Assembly (NCBI GenBank): GCA_051362555.1
Contig: CM120640.1
Coordinates: forward strand, 32,011,967 to 32,075,966
Direction of reading: 5' to 3'
DNA length: 64,000 bases
Source: Lingula anatina
Lineage: Eukaryota; Animalia; Brachiopoda
This document shows, in pieces, positions 13,701 through 27,300 of the stretch (within the stretch, counting starts at the first letter, position 1; each line of letters begins with the position of its first letter). The translations under genes were made by a program, and so were the position numbers. The notes beneath the pieces are model-generated. The model had not been told where the DNA came from. It saw only the letters and a program-made list of their open reading frames with translations, and ran no database searches.

Positions 13701-16700
13701 ACATCGGGGCTGCTGCACCCAGCTCCATTCATTTATCATTACAGATGGTAGAAGACCATTAGACTAAGCTGTGTTATTAGGCAGTTCATTTCGTGCAGAA
13801 GTAATGAAAAAACCTCAGACTGATGTAATTAATCTTCCCGCATGTTTTGAGATATGACTTGGCATGTTTTCAGCAGCCTAGATATAACTCGGGTTATGGG
13901 TGGAAGCCAAGCTAGAAATAGTACAAAGCAGCATACCAGAACTCCCAAGTCCCATTAAATCTCTATAACATTATCGTAGATCAGTTGGCTTAGGTGGGCT
14001 GAGTGGGAGCCATAGTTAACCATTGATTTCCTAATTAGACTACCTTGCCTCAGACTCCTCATCTAAGACCTTTAATGTAACTGCATGTGTCAGACTATGC
14101 AAAGTGGCTGCCATGGTTTGGAAATAGGGGTCAGGCCGACTGTGAGTGGCGTCACTACCCCAGTTGTGGTCTCTCACAGGCCCTCTTTGTTCCATTGAGG
14201 TCAGTGGCATGTTCTGTGATGGAAGAGTAATTGCCCATTCTGTGGCTGCCTAAATGGGCCACCAGCTTGATAGATGGGTTTTCTGGACATGTCCTTGTTT
14301 TTGTGTAATAGAAATGGAGTTTGGTGGATAGATTAATACATTCCCTTTGCTCCAGATAATGACCAGGATGGAAAGCATGTACTTAAAAAAGTGACAGTGC
14401 AAAGCTTTACGAAAACCATGTAAATGCAAATGAATTGATAGCAGAGGCTCCTATTCAGCACTGTGTTCATTATTGCCCTTGCACATAAAATGTCTGATTC
14501 CCCCTCCAGCTGTAGACTGTGAGCAGTCAGAGAGTCTGGTGGCTGCCATGTCATTTATTGATAAGACCATGTGACCACATAATGCCAGCTTGTTTATCCA
14601 GTTGTTAGAAGGCCTTGTAGAAATGTGCCTGCACTGCCATAAAGGTCATGTGAGGATATAAGCTGTCTTATGCTGGGAGACTGTAAATTAAGCGTGCTGT
14701 TTGGAGTTCATTGTTCCATTGATCTAATAAAATAAGAGAACAAGAGAATATATGCATTTAAATTTAGTATATTAAAGATGAACGTAGTGCTGAAATAAGG
14801 GGAAAAAACTTCAATTTCAGTACTCAAGAGACCTTAGTTGTGCATTTAGATATTATGACTAAGTACAAGTCTTTTTGAGTGACAGTTCAGATTACGTTTT
14901 CCTGTTGTTGAACAGGTTTGACAATTTTGTGGGTAGATTGTGGTAGAGCAACTTGGGCTGATCATTGACCCGTAACAAATTACAAACAATTTCCTACATG
15001 ATATTGCATGACATTTCTTTTTGTATTGTATTTGAAGATTTAAAAAAGAATTATTTTTATTTATTTATTTATTTTCTCAATGCAAAGCTATTACTATATT
15101 GAATATTGTTGGTTTTCAGATTGCGGTTTAGCCAAAAAGGGTTCTTGATGATCGCCGGCTTCTCTCACCCAAGTGATGCAGAAGTTGATGACATTGCTCC
15201 CTGGATGCCGCAAACACCTGGTAAATATGATCTCTTCTTTTTTCCATTAATAAAACAAGAAGGTACTGTAGAATAATGTAAACATCAAGGAATGGGAACT
15301 TGAGTATTGCATTATTGCTCTTCTGATATATATATCAGTACAACTGTACAAGAAAACATTAGTCTTTGTTTTACTCTCCTTGCAGATTGACAAATACTGA
15401 ATAAAAAATGCACAATAGAAGTAAGTTAAACTGACTGTTAAACTAAGTTGACTGTGTGTTCTTTCCAGTGATCCACCCTCGCCTGGATGTGGAGACTGCC
15501 TTGTATATCATCACCCGGGTGGGGGATAAGTTCTGTGAGCTGGTCATGCAGGAGCAAGCTGCCATGTCATGGGCAGGAGAACACCGTAAGTTGGATTTTA
15601 GGGTAGTTTGCAAGATTTGATTGCTGGATTCATCGAGTCCAGGTTTGAATGATTTTCCAAAGCCCATTCTACATTTTAATTCAGTTAAAGCTGGGCTTCA
15701 GGATTGTGTTTGAATTAGAGTTGTGTACACCTTTATCAGTCATTTCTTGCAATCAAGGGCTCATTATGTATGGATTATAAAGGTAGAACCAAGAGCAATA
15801 AAGTATATCCAGAAAAGTAATATCATCCTTCTAACTATTTCCAGAAGACAAGATAGCATGGAAGCGTCAGGTGCAGGGCGTGCGTGAAATGTGTGATGTG
15901 TGCGACACCACCTTGTTCAACATGCACTGGGTGTGTCAAAAGTGTGGCTTTGTCGTCTGCCTGGACTGCTACAAGGTGAAGAAGGACAATGCTGTCTCCG
16001 AGTATGACATGGAGGAAGAGTCAAAGGAAGGTGACGAACACAACTGGTTGACATGCAGCTCCAACAGACAGCCTCACGACCCTGACAAGCTGATGCTTAC
16101 ACAGATCATCCCTGGAGATGGTAATTGTCTTCCACGTCATGCTCTGATTTTATACTTTTGAAGATCATATTGATTCATTGTGGGCTGTGATATAGTAATC
16201 TCATAATTGAATGTGAATTTGAGCAGTTGTTGCATATTTCATAATGTGAACTTGAGACCTGATGTATGAGTTTTGCAAAACCAGCTTTGTTGACTGTCAA
16301 TTTATTCTGTTATTTATGTATCTGGATATATCAGTTCAATTTTTACAAGAAATCTTTGCTTGTGTAATTTTCCAGCATTGTGGGAGGTTGGTAGGCTGAT
16401 CCATGAAGTCCGTCCAAAGTGGTCCATCCCAGTGTACTGCCCCTGTGGTGCCGGGGATGACCTCGTCTTACCACCCAAGAATGGGGTCAGCCAGGTAAGA
16501 ACTGATCTGTGGTGTCTTAACGTGGGGGTCTTTGTCTTGATTTTTTTCTACAGCCAGGTTTTAAGTTGGTTCAAACTTTATTTCACCCATCATATATATT
16601 TATTTGCATATATGATTTTCAAACTTGATTTAAAAAGAAATGGATATAGTCTTCTACAATGTTTATCTTCCAGTTTACTGCTTTTCTTTCTAGACAGTTG

Positions 16701-18669
16701 AGATATTTGGATTGTTTTCTTTCTCAGAAGGTTTTATGTAAAATCTTTTCTCTTTCTTCAGCAACTTCTCCATGCAGTCAACAATTGCATATCTCCAGAG
16801 GGGAAGAAACTGGTCAATGGATTTGGTCACAATGGCGGTCACAACCACCATGGCAAAAAGCTCAGTTCATCCTATCCAGATGGCTTACTTAATTCCAAAG
16901 ATGCTCTCTCCAATGGCCCCCTCAGCCAGAGCATGAATTCTGTGGGCAGTAAGGGGATGGCAGGGGGGAACATTGACCCTCTCAGCTTACTGGCAGATGT
17001 GGCTTCCATGGACTCCGAGAAAAACAAAGGACAGAATAAACAGGAGTCTCTGAACAAAATCAGGGAAAAGAAAAACGCCTCGGACTTTCCTTCTTACCAA
17101 GAAACAAAGGCCTATGCCCTGAATGCTCCCGCCATTAACTCAGCCCAGATAGGGAAGAATTTGCCTGCTAACTTGGAGGCTGGTTTAGTGTGTGGGCCAG
17201 AGTGTACGGGGGACCATAAGGGCCACCACAATGCAGACAACTGTTCCACCTTGAAGATGCTTCTCACCAAGAGAGCCAAGATGAATAACAGCAGTGTGGT
17301 AGGGGATGGGAAGATGTACACCAGCACCTTGAGTGAGATCATCCAGTCTGTGGTGGAGAAAAATTTGCCGCGTGAGGATGCCAAGCTGATGGACGGAACC
17401 ACTCCGAGTCCACTGAAACTGATGCACTATATCCCAAAGAACGGCTCTGCCCCCATGTCTGGGCGTGAGGCCCCCATCCCAGTACATAACCTTACCGAGA
17501 CCAGTCTTCTTTACCCAGATGTGCCTCACACTTGGCTGTGTGACGGACGCCTCCTGCGCCTGCACGACCCCCGCCACGCTAACAACCTCCAGTTGTTCCA
17601 GGATCAGTGGCGGCTGGGGCTGCCTGTCATGGTGTCTGGGTTGGAGAAGCTCCTGAACATGGATCTGTGGAAGCCAGAGACCTTTGCCAAAGAGTTTGGT
17701 CATCTGGAGAATGACCTGGTCAATTGCCTGACTGGTGTGGTCATTGTGGGTCAGAAAATGAAAGCCTTTTGGGAAGGCTTTGAAGTCTGTAGAGGTAAGT
17801 CTCTTCGATATTGTGAAACACTGTCACTTTCATATTTTTCTGTTCAAATACTCTTAAACAAGATATGTTATTTAATCAAGTTCATGTACTACATATTATT
17901 CAATTGTAACTTATTGGAAAGCTAAAGGTGTTATTCCTTTAAAAAAATTTTTTTTCTAGCAAAATTGTTTCACCTACACCAGAACTTAGGACAAGTGGTT
18001 GATATGATCATATTAATTTCCTATCCTGTTATTTCTCCAGAGCGACTGCTGGATGATGATGATGAGCCGATGGTGATGAAGCTGAAGGACTGGCCTCCTG
18101 GGGAGGACTTCAGTGATTTGTTACCCACACGGTTCCAGGACCTGATGCAGGCCCTGCCTGTCCCTGAGTACACCCACCGCACTGGCCGCCTCAACCTGGC
18201 CTCCAGACTACCAGATTTCTTTGTCAGGCCCGACCTTGGCCCCAAAATGTACAATGCTTATGGTTAGTTGATCACATTTTATTTATACTTAGAGACAGTT
18301 TTAGGTATTTTGATTGAGTTAGAAGAATTCACCCAGAAAGTATAAATGTCCATTCATTATTGAATTACAAGTTGTTTTAAGCATCCAACTAATTCATGTC
18401 ATTTTTAAGGGTAAGGCATCATCTGATTCCTGTCGTCTTAAGGGGAAGGCTGACAGAGATTAATACTTGTCAGGTTCTGTGTTTGTCGGGATAAAGATTT
18501 GTCTAACTATTAGTTCTAATGATGCACACGGTTTCTCTTACTCCAGGACTTGCCCACAAGACTGAGACAGGCACCACCAACTTGCATTTAGATGTCTCTG
18601 ACGCTGTCAATGTGATGATGTATGTGGGAATACCAGTGGATGACAAGGAAGAATATGAAAGGGGTAAGT

Positions 18670-18723
<54 letters not shown>

Positions 18724-20507
18724 GTTGACTACTCACTGATGTTAATTGATATCATCTTAATTTTCAGTGCTTGTTTGTTTCTTTCCTGTTCTTGTCTGAT
18801 GTGAACTCTAATGTGGCGGATATATGCTGTGGTGTAGGGTTGAATGTGAAGTGTGAGAATTTCCTCCAGCATGTGCTCACCCCAGTGGCAGTGGCACACA
18901 AAACAGAAAATGTATTGGGTTTGCTATGTTTCATGCATTAGGATCAGAATAAGTATCAGGCAACTTTTCCGATGTTGACTAGGTGATGGCGGCTTTTTGA
19001 CTTGCACTTGAAGGCATCTGCCGGTCAAAATGCCCCATACACTCCTATCCTTCAGTAAAGTCTGCCGATCTCATTCTCATTTTAGTGTGTGCAAACATCA
19101 ATCGACATTTTCTGGGGTTGTGTTTTAAAGCATAGTAACCAACAGGCGTCATGTCTTCATTTTTTCTAGCAGCCATACGAGCTATTAATGAGGCTGGGGC
19201 TGACCTCCTCACAAAACGGAGGGTGGTCGAAATGAAGGAAAAACCAGGAGCTCTTTGGCACATATATGATGCTCAAGATGCAGACAAGATTCGGGACTTC
19301 CTAAACAAGGTTGCCAAGGAGACTGGGGAGGCCATTGAGCCTGACCATGATCCCATCCATGACCAGTCCTGGTACTTGAACAAAGAACTGAGGGAGCGTC
19401 TGCTGAAGGAGTATGGAGTCCAGGGCCACTGTATTGTGCAGTGCCTGGGGGATGCCATCTTTATTCCAGGGGGTGCCCCACATCAGGTAAGACACAACCT
19501 GATGCAAATCTCTGGTGTGAAAAAGGAATTAAGTCAGAGAAAAAAAAAAAAACTACTGATTTATGATTAGCTGTATATTCAAGACAATAAATGTATGGAG
19601 ACTTAAATAGAACAACACTGTAATTACGAAATTACATTCTGGTCTGTATAGAGCTTCACTTGAAAAAGATAAATTTCTCAGTACTTCTGTTTATTGCATT
19701 AGTGAACTGAACTTGGAACTCCTTGCACGAGAATACATTGCTTGCTTTCTTAGAAGCAGCCAATCATAGTCGGATGATTATTTTTTCAGAAAGCTATTAT
19801 GATCATTGGTTTTGTACACAGAAATGCAATAACAATGGTTTTCTGCGAAATTTAATGAAATAATGCTTTGATTATGCTTTTGATCGATTTTTCACAGGGG
19901 TACTATTCAGGGCACTTCATTAACTAGGCTTTTGACAATTCATTTGTGTTTTCTTTGTAGGTTCAGAATCTTCATAGCTGTATTAAAGTGGCTGAGGACT
20001 TTGTTTCGCCAGAACATCTTAACCATTGTTTCAAACTAACTCAGGAGTTCCGTCACTTGTCTGACACCCACAGTAACCATGAGGACAAACTACAGGTGAG
20101 AACTCCCTACCACTGGCTAGTTTTTAATGTAGGTTTTAAAGGGAAAAAAACGGCAGGAGTAAAGTTCCCTTTTAAATTATTTATTTATTTATTTATTTAA
20201 CCTTCCAAATATCAGGATCTGTTTTATTTTCATGTCCAAGAAGTTATGAAGTATTGTTAGAGATTCATATATAATTGGAGGGAAGATGAGATATGAAGTC
20301 ATAAAAAGAAATTTTGCGAACAATCTTATCTACTCTGGTTGTAATTGTTATGGAAAGCAATTTTAATGATTCAGAAGTAGATATCCTGGAACATAAAGAA
20401 TCAAATTGTCTCTTTTGTAGGTGAAGAACATCATCTTCCATGCTGTCAAGGATGCTGTGGCTGTCCTGCATGAAAACGACCCTAAGGATTATCTTGGCAA
20501 GAGATAA
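1833..20507 (+). CDS. KDM3: KDM3/JMJD1-family lysine (H3K9) demethylase, 5'-incomplete, 17 exons: 1833-3828, 6818-7001, 8618-8827 (or 8821), 9470-11545, 12048-12215, 12379-12586, 12752-12941, 15120-15220, 15469-15585, 15845-16120, 16376-16494, 16762-17794, 18041-18262, 18547-18663, 19170-19486, 19961-20095, 20421-20507
   Basis: GT-AG exons join in a consistent phase. Family motifs: [58 protein letters not shown] (C6 zinc finger), [102 protein letters not shown]. Confidence 0.95.
6818..7001 (+). CDS. KDM3: KDM3 exon (ER-rich coiled coil)
   Basis: tttcag|G GAC AGG ... CAG|gtaacc; encodes [20 protein letters not shown]. Confidence 0.85.
7709..7783. repeat. Imperfect (CA)n microsatellite; a second tract lies at about 7418-7468
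   Basis: Directly visible CA runs. Confidence 0.9.
8618..8827 (+). CDS. KDM3: KDM3 exon with tandem in-frame donors at 8821 and 8827
   Basis: Strong pyrimidine tract + cag|TAT GCT; open phase-0 frame [10 protein letters not shown]...EKMRM(VR)|gt. Confidence 0.75.
9470..11545 (+). CDS. KDM3: KDM3 large S/T/Q-rich exon
   Basis: 682-aa ORF bounded by ttttctag| and CAG|gtaat. Confidence 0.88.
12048..12215 (+). CDS. KDM3: KDM3 exon (K-rich)
   Basis: catag|GGA ... AAG|gtaaga; open phase-0 frame. Confidence 0.75.
12379..12586 (+). CDS. KDM3: KDM3 exon (K/R/E-rich)
   Basis: tacag|TCT ... G|gtaaat; open frame, phase matches the next exon. Confidence 0.75.
12752..12941 (+). CDS. KDM3: KDM3 exon (FLQDGPC...CREC...FCRFFAFRR)
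   Basis: Conserved KDM3 motif; canonical splice sites. Confidence 0.9.
15120..15220 (+). CDS. KDM3: KDM3 exon ([14 protein letters not shown]...)
   Basis: ttttcag|A ... G|gtaaat; continues the RRL motif. Confidence 0.85.
15469..15585 (+). CDS. KDM3: KDM3 exon ([21 protein letters not shown])
   Basis: Conserved motif; ttccag| and |gtaagt. Confidence 0.9.
15845..16120 (+). CDS. KDM3: KDM3 zinc-finger exon
   Basis: CDVC..CQKC..CLDC; LMLTQIIPG. Confidence 0.95.
16376..16494 (+). CDS. KDM3: KDM3 exon ([23 protein letters not shown])
   Basis: Conserved motif; canonical splice sites. Confidence 0.9.
16762..17794 (+). CDS. KDM3: KDM3 exon (LxxLL-like motifs, start of catalytic region)
   Basis: [34 protein letters not shown]. 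Confidence 0.92.
18041..18262 (+). CDS. KDM3: KDM3 JmjC exon
   Basis: [11 protein letters not shown]...[12 protein letters not shown]. Confidence 0.95.
18547..18663 (+). CDS. KDM3: KDM3 JmjC exon with HxD iron ligands
   Basis: [20 protein letters not shown]. Confidence 0.95.
18674..18718. repeat. (GA)n microsatellite in a KDM3 intron
   Basis: About 22 perfect GA units. Confidence 0.95.
19170..19486 (+). CDS. KDM3: KDM3 JmjC exon with distal His (NAGNAG acceptor tagcag)
   Basis: PGALWHIY...[11 protein letters not shown]...GAPHQ. Confidence 0.95.
19961..20095 (+). CDS. KDM3: KDM3 exon ([18 protein letters not shown])
   Basis: Conserved motif; canonical splice sites. Confidence 0.95.
20421..20507 (+). 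CDS. KDM3: KDM3 last coding exon
   Basis: [16 protein letters not shown]...KR, then TAA. Confidence 0.92.
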   Translation: MKNIIFHAVKDAVAVLHENDPKDYLGKR

Positions 20508-22269
20508 AAAAAGTTGATACCACACAGGCAGACTAAATGACAAAAGTTGACAACCAAATAATTCAAGACTGGAGCAAAAAATGGATACTGGAGCCTGGAT
20601 TGGCTGGTTCCATGAAGATGATGAAATCTGAAACTAGTGAATGTCAGAGTACCCTGCTGTGCTCTGAATGCAACTTGGAAGTGGAAATGGATTGCTTTCT
20701 ACACAGGGAATATCAGAAATAATGTATAAAGAAGTATATCGAAACCATATTTTGTGGAATTATACTACAACAACAGGATTATTTCTTATTTATGTGGAGT
20801 TATTTAAAGGCAGACTACATTAAAGTGCTGCAAAACTGGATTATTTAATGACTTGCAAAGCGATAGAGAAGAGGATTTTGGCTTTGGGCACACTATTGTT
20901 GTACTTATTATTGGGAACTTATTTCCCCCCCTGGAGCCGTCTTTGAATCTTGGCTGGCCAGGGTGGACTGGGGACTGCAGCTTGACTTAAGCAACATGGT
21001 GGACATCAATATTCACATTACGTGTGTCTTCAAGGAAGACAGACTGGTCATTAATTATTACGTTCATCTTTTCATTCATCATTGTCATCGGTGGCTTAAC
21101 ATTACTTTAAATGTGTGTGTGTGTAGTAGATTGGATCTTTTCTTTTTTTTTTTTTAATCATTATATAAAGTAAGACTATGTCTTATATACAGAGTACAAA
21201 TTCATCGAAGTAATATATGAGTACTATTGTATAACGTGACATTCTAAGAGTAAGATCACAATCCCTATTGGAGGATTGATCCAATATATAAAAGCACTGC
21301 CAGGGTGGGCTGGGGGGAGGGGCGCTTAGAGAAGTTATTTTCCAATCAGATAATGATTTTTCAATCAAATGATTTAATTATATACTGTTGCTGTTAGCAT
21401 TGGAGGTGTTGTATGAACTGTTGTAAAAATATCAAATCTTGGGGGAAATGTATCGAGAGACGTTCGTAAGAAAGCTTTCAGTGCCACTGATACTGTTGGA
21501 GCGAAGGATGTGAAAGCGTACAGAATAGTAGGGCAGAATTTTATTACGAGGTAAATGCCATGTTGTTGAGCTGTTTGAAATGTAGGTTTACATTGGCTAA
21601 GTTTAGTCTTAAATGTTTTGACTACTCTTATAAAGTAACAGTTTTACTTTTGATTAAATCGTCTTTTCTGACTTGGTTTCTAGTACTTGACAACACAGGA
21701 CTGGTGAAGTTCAGTGGAGTTTTTGAAGGAAATTCCTGTGAAATGTTATGAAGTTTTGTAAATAGGCGTTGTACATTTGTGCATAGTATAATGAGTGAGT
21801 TTAGACAAGCAGCAAAGCAGAGTTATACTTAAAAAGATAAGGGGGACATTTGAACTAGGAACTCAACACTGGAATCATTTTGGCCAGTGGATCTTTCAAA
21901 AGGGTCTGGCTTCATTTGCATTCTACTTTTTAAATAAGTTTTAGCTTCTAGTTGCCCTACTGTTGATAGCACCTTTGTCACTGTTGCTATGTTTGGGGTT
22001 GCTTCTGTTGAAAACTACATCATGGCTTCATATTGTTTCCAATTGTTTGCTGCAGATTTCTGGTCTCACTTGAAGTTGCTGCTTTGTTCACTGTTCAGAA
22101 AGATTTCTCTCTAGACTTGGCTGCTGTATATAAATAGGACTATTTTTATACAAAACTACTGTCAAGCATGTGTGTTAAGTGGTAATATACTTGTAATTTG
22201 CTATGAAAGAAGCAGAATGAAGCACACGTCTTGATTAGACTTTTAGAAAAACATTCTCCCACCATTCTT

Positions 22270-22275
22270 AATAAA
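22270..22275 (+). promoter_or_regulatory. Likely polyadenylation signal of KDM3 (3' UTR about 1.8 kb)
   Basis: AATAAA followed about 25 nt later by a GT/T-rich tract (tgttttgtctgtttttctttgtt). Confidence 0.55.
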
Positions 22276-22812
22276 AAAAATCTATTCATGATAAATGTTT
22301 TGTCTGTTTTTCTTTGTTATTTAAAAATAAATTTCTACATAAAGTGAATGACTAACAACGCAAATTATTTTTGCAAGCAATGTACAAATACTGTAAAAAG
22401 TTTCTCATACAAAAAAGCTAAAATAGCAAAAGTAACTGCAGTTTAATCTATTATGATGACAAAAACCTTTAAATGAAAGTGGCACAAAAAAATCATGTAA
22501 AAAAACATTTCACTTTTTCAAATAAAGAATGTCTTACATAAGAAACAAGGTAACTGTAAGAGACAAAAATATTCTACCTTGAAGCCATATTTACCTGTTC
22601 TAGCCTTTCTTAGATGATTAAGTAAAACAAATAATCCTCAAATATCTCTGAGAATTAAAAAAAAAAAGCACTTTAAGGGACTAAAGACATTCAAACTTAA
22701 CAGAATATACAAAAGTTTGACTTTCATGTAACTCTTAAAAAAAGGCTGTGCTTATCACGTATGTGTGCACCATGTCCATCTTCAAAAAATCTTTTTAAGA
22801 TTACTGTGACAT

Positions 22813-24328
22813 CTATGTCAAGTCCACCACATTTCTTGGACTCCCAGCTTCCTCCTCATCCAGCAAGACTGACACACATCTCTCCACATCAATATTACAA
22901 TCCAGCAGCGCAGAGATGGCTCTCTCCTGGCTGACATGGGGCAGAATACCCAACAATGTTTGGACTTTGTTGTCAAATTCCGCCTGAAGTCTTTCATTAT
23001 TACATTGTGCGGTCATACTGCAACTTTTATCGGAAGAGGTATTTGAACCATATTTCACCGAATGAAAATCTGTGAGTACACTAGAGGCCGTTTCTATCTT
23101 TGTTTTCTTAACACGTGGACCTTTGCTGATAGAATAGGTGGTGAGGTCTGGCAGACCTTGATTGCTGTCATCATCTGACAACTCGCCAAAAACGGTTCTT
23201 CTGACAGCGACCTGCCCCTTGCCGCCTTCTGGAGCACCAGTTGAAGGAGGTGACTTTGGGGAAGAACTGGCTCCCTTTCCTGGTGGGGTCTTCATCAAAT
23301 ATATCCTAGCACCTGTACTTGATGATGGAGTGCTGGCTGTTGAGGATGGTGTGACTTCTGGGGAGTTGAGGTGATAACTCATTTTAAGCTTTGGCACTCT
23401 CCTCGGGACTCCTGGTGAGGTTGCTTTCTGCTCCGTGATATTAGAGGAGTCAGAAAAGGCCTTCCTTGTTATTGTCCTTGCAGGTTTATGTTGTTTACCA
23501 GTCACTGAAACACTACTAGCGGCAAAATTGTCATCGTCAGCAATGACGCTCTCACTGCCTGCAGTGATTGCTTTATGTGGATTGCCTAATACCTTGGGAA
23601 CTGCGCTAGCAGAACCCAAAGATGATAAAACTGGTGGTCTTACCCATGCAGTTTTGTTATAGTTCTCACCAGTCTTAAAAGCACCTTGCATACTTGGCCC
23701 TGCCTTGATGGTGGTTGTTGGTTGGGCAGTGTCACTTTCTGGTTGGTATCTACCTATGATTTTCGGCAGCACTCCCTCCTGGATGTGAATTGTGGGGACT
23801 GGTTTTGGTTTCTTGACCAGAGGAACGTTGACCGATGTCCCTGGTGTAGAGTGATATTGGGCAAGTTGTATGGGGGCTTCATCTTCTTCAACAGTAAGGT
23901 AATTATTATTTTTCTCTTGAGGGCTTCTGCTGTTGTTGCTCTGTTGTGGTCTCACCTTCATAGTTTGTTTCTCTGTGACATTGGGCAATTTTTCATAGTC
24001 CCCTGACAACAACTGGCTCTTTCTGACAATACGATTTTCATCATCATCATCATCATTGCTTTCAGTGTGTTTCACTGAATCTCTAGTTTTGTGCTGGTCC
24101 ACACTCGCGTCAACCTGTAACTCATCTGCCCAATGTGACGTGCTGGGATCTTCAGACGTAACAGTAGCAGAGGTTTTGCGCCTTTTCTTGAAATTGTTGG
24201 CCTTTGCTGAGGTATGCCCCCTTTCTGAGCCTTCTGAACCCGTTGCAGCCGACTCTATCCGAGTGGACATAAATTGGTCTGGGTTAATGTCCTTCACTAT
24301 TAGGTCATCAAACTCACCACAGTCCGAC
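22813..24328 (-). CDS. MUS81-like last exon: disordered tail, CUE-like domain, SIM-like C-terminus
   Basis: 510-aa ORF entered at ttcacag|G; ends KVQTLLGILPHVSQERAISALLDCNIDVERCVSVLLD...NVVDLT*. Confidence 0.85.
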
Positions 24329-27300
24329 CTGTGAATTAAAAACAAAATTCAGTGCTCAGTGATCTTTCTGGCAAATAATAAGTACAACTTTAATCAAGGA
24401 CGAGACTGCCATTCAGTGAAAAAATCGGAAAAAAATGGTGTTAGGTCCAGGGTCTGCTCAAGTTAATGACATTTTTGACTCCCAAAAAGTCAGAAATCTG
24501 CCAATAATCGGGAAAATCTCATCCCTGTTTAATGTTTAATTTTCCTGAAAATTTTTTAACACCTTCCCTTGATGATACTAATGATGCTATGTCTTATATA
24601 AAACAATGTACCGTCTACATAAATAAATGTTGTTCTTACTTTAAACCAGAATTTCATACCAAAACTCCTTTTTTTTCAACTAAAACTACTGAAATTGTTA
24701 TCATATCATTTAATTTATTCGTTACAGATTAGAATGAAATTTTATCAGACTGTTAGCATCACTTTCCATTCAAATTTGAGAATATTTCAAACAGTTTCAT
24801 AGCCAAAAAAACAAGATGAACTTCTATTTTTATTCCTCAATGCGGAAATTTGAATTAAAAAACCTAAAAATAGCATTCACCTCTGCTGCAGTTCTGCAGT
24901 TATTATTGCCAGCATTTCCACAGTGTGACCAATGTTGTCCGTCTTCAAAACTTCAAAATCTTGGCAATTCTCCAGATCTTCAATAGCTTTCTACAAAGAA
25001 TAAGTGTAAGCATATGTTAAAAAACATGCCAGTTACAAATATATTAACCCCATGAAAACATATAACCAGAGAAGGCAGAAAATATTAACTTGAAGTCAAA
25101 AGCTATAAGAAAGAGTACTATCAGACAAGAATTTGTGGTGTTTTGAATCTTGTTTGATAAAAATAATGCACTACTCAGGCATAGTTTTCACTAACAATCT
25201 CAAATCTAAAGTTGTCTCAAATAATACATATAGTACAGCTGGTTGTTTATGAGAAAGTGTTCAAATAAGCTATTCCAACAAGTAACTAGAACGCACAATT
25301 CAATGAACTCAATATTCAGCAAAAATGGCTCCAACTGAAAAAAAAAAGGTACCAACATTTAACTGTAAAGCACTTGGGTAGCCACACTTGCCCACTCCAC
25401 CACACCCATCAGCACACTGCACCACAAACTGCTCTGGCCTGGACTCCAAGATGTACTTCAGCACAGCAGGAACGCCTTGGGACGTGAACGCTGCCTTCCA
25501 TTTCACCATATCCCGGCGCTGCTTCCCATACCTGCCATCTACTAGGCTTTTTGCCAGGTCATCTAAAAAAAAGGCACAAGTAGCTAGGGAATAAAATTTT
25601 ATATACCCTCGATTTCCAGGAATATCCCATTAAGTTCTTCTGGGTACTGTAGACAGGGTTCAGTGAGGGCTTTGAAATTTGGAATCCAAATTCACTTTCT
25701 TACACAGACAGGCAGTCTAGGTTCCATGTGATAAAAAAAACATTGAAATAGGGAGTCCAAGAGGCAGCTGGATGGTAACATGGCCAATGCCTTGTCTGTA
25801 ATCAAATTTTAGGCCTCTGTAGCAGAAATTCGCAGACAGACATGGTTAAAGAATACGATAATAGTTGTGCCTCTGCCATTTGACTGAACTGAGTCCTTAT
25901 TGGAAGAGTGCTCGCCTCAGTCAGGACAGGCCATGGGATCAGTTCACATCTCACAACTTGTGCTGTAAGGTTACCAGAATTTAAAGAATGTTTTTATGTA
26001 GTCAACAGGTGCTAATGACCAGACAAAAGGTATTATATGACAGACACAAAACATTTACTAACTCCCAACCCTTGGGACTGTTGTGAATAAAATATACTTG
26101 ATATTCAGGTATTTATTAACTAAATGGAGAAGAATTTTGCTCCAAGGCAATCTGTAATGCTTAAAATCAAATTAAGCCAAAGATACAATTCTGCTGTTAA
26201 AATAACAATAGTAGGGCTGGAAATAAAGCATAATATCAAAATACAACTCACTGTCATCCATGAGGACAAACACTGAGCCCCAGTGCTTGGTCACCAAACA
26301 AATTATTTACCTGCTCTCTTCCTCTCTACCAGTAGTGGCATCACTCTCTCCTCACCCCCACATCTCAGCAACCAGGAATAATCTCCACACGCCAACTTTT
26401 TGGTCCGATATCTCAGTCCCGTTTGTTTGATCAGGTCTATCAACTAAAATACAGCAAATATACAAAAATGATTCTAAATAGACTTATCTGGTAAATTTTT
26501 CTCTTCTCAAATATCAATATTACTTCGACAAGAAGCAAAAAGTTATTTCTGTTACATTCTTGCCTTTTTCTTTAACAAATACTAATATCTTCATTTACGG
26601 GAATATACCCAGATGTAAAAGAAAACATTATAATAACTAATACTCAGAATTCAAAGATTGAAAAATTTCCAGATTACAGCTTTTTTGCCTAATCAAGAGA
26701 GCCCACTCTAAGACTAACCTGTCCAAGTCCTCTGTGGTCACCTCCAAACTCCTGTGTGTCCACCAAAATGACCAGGCTACAATGTTATAAAACACTTGAA
26801 CAGATGAGATCAATAATCCACCACCAAATACCCTAAAAAAAGGCTTGAAAGCAATAACTGAGAAGTCATATTACACTTTGCACAGGGAGTTTATTTGGTT
26901 ATGAAATTTCGCCAAGACAAACCGAAAATAAGGATAAAACTTAAACATTATGTATTTTGAACATATCTAAAACAAAAATTACATGCATGCATGTGCATGT
27001 AGATGACCAGGCCCGTAGCCAGGGGGGGTTCGGGGGGTTCGAAAGAACCCCCCCTTTTGTCGGAAAAGGTCCATTTTGGGTAAAATTTCATCTAGGTTCA
27101 CATAAGTTTCATTATAAAAGGTCCACTTTTACAGAAAAAGAACCCCCCCTTTTGAATTTCCTGGCTGGATACGGGCCTGTGACATCTGTTATTTCGTGAA
27201 AAGTTTATGCTCAATTCCAGCCATATAATATTTGTCTAAATCAAAAATTGCTAGACAAGTTTGTTACACACCCATCAGAACCGTCATCATTAGTGTAAAG

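Noticed and set aside
2078-17703. Numerous short antisense and alternate-frame ORFs over KDM3
   Set aside because: They are shadows of the real exons with no recognisable domains.
26777-26833. Alternative acceptor ttttttag| at about 26833 for MUS81-like exon 7
   Set aside because: It would add an implausible hydrophobic extension out of register with the LVILVDTQE frame. The 26776 acceptor fits both phase and motif.
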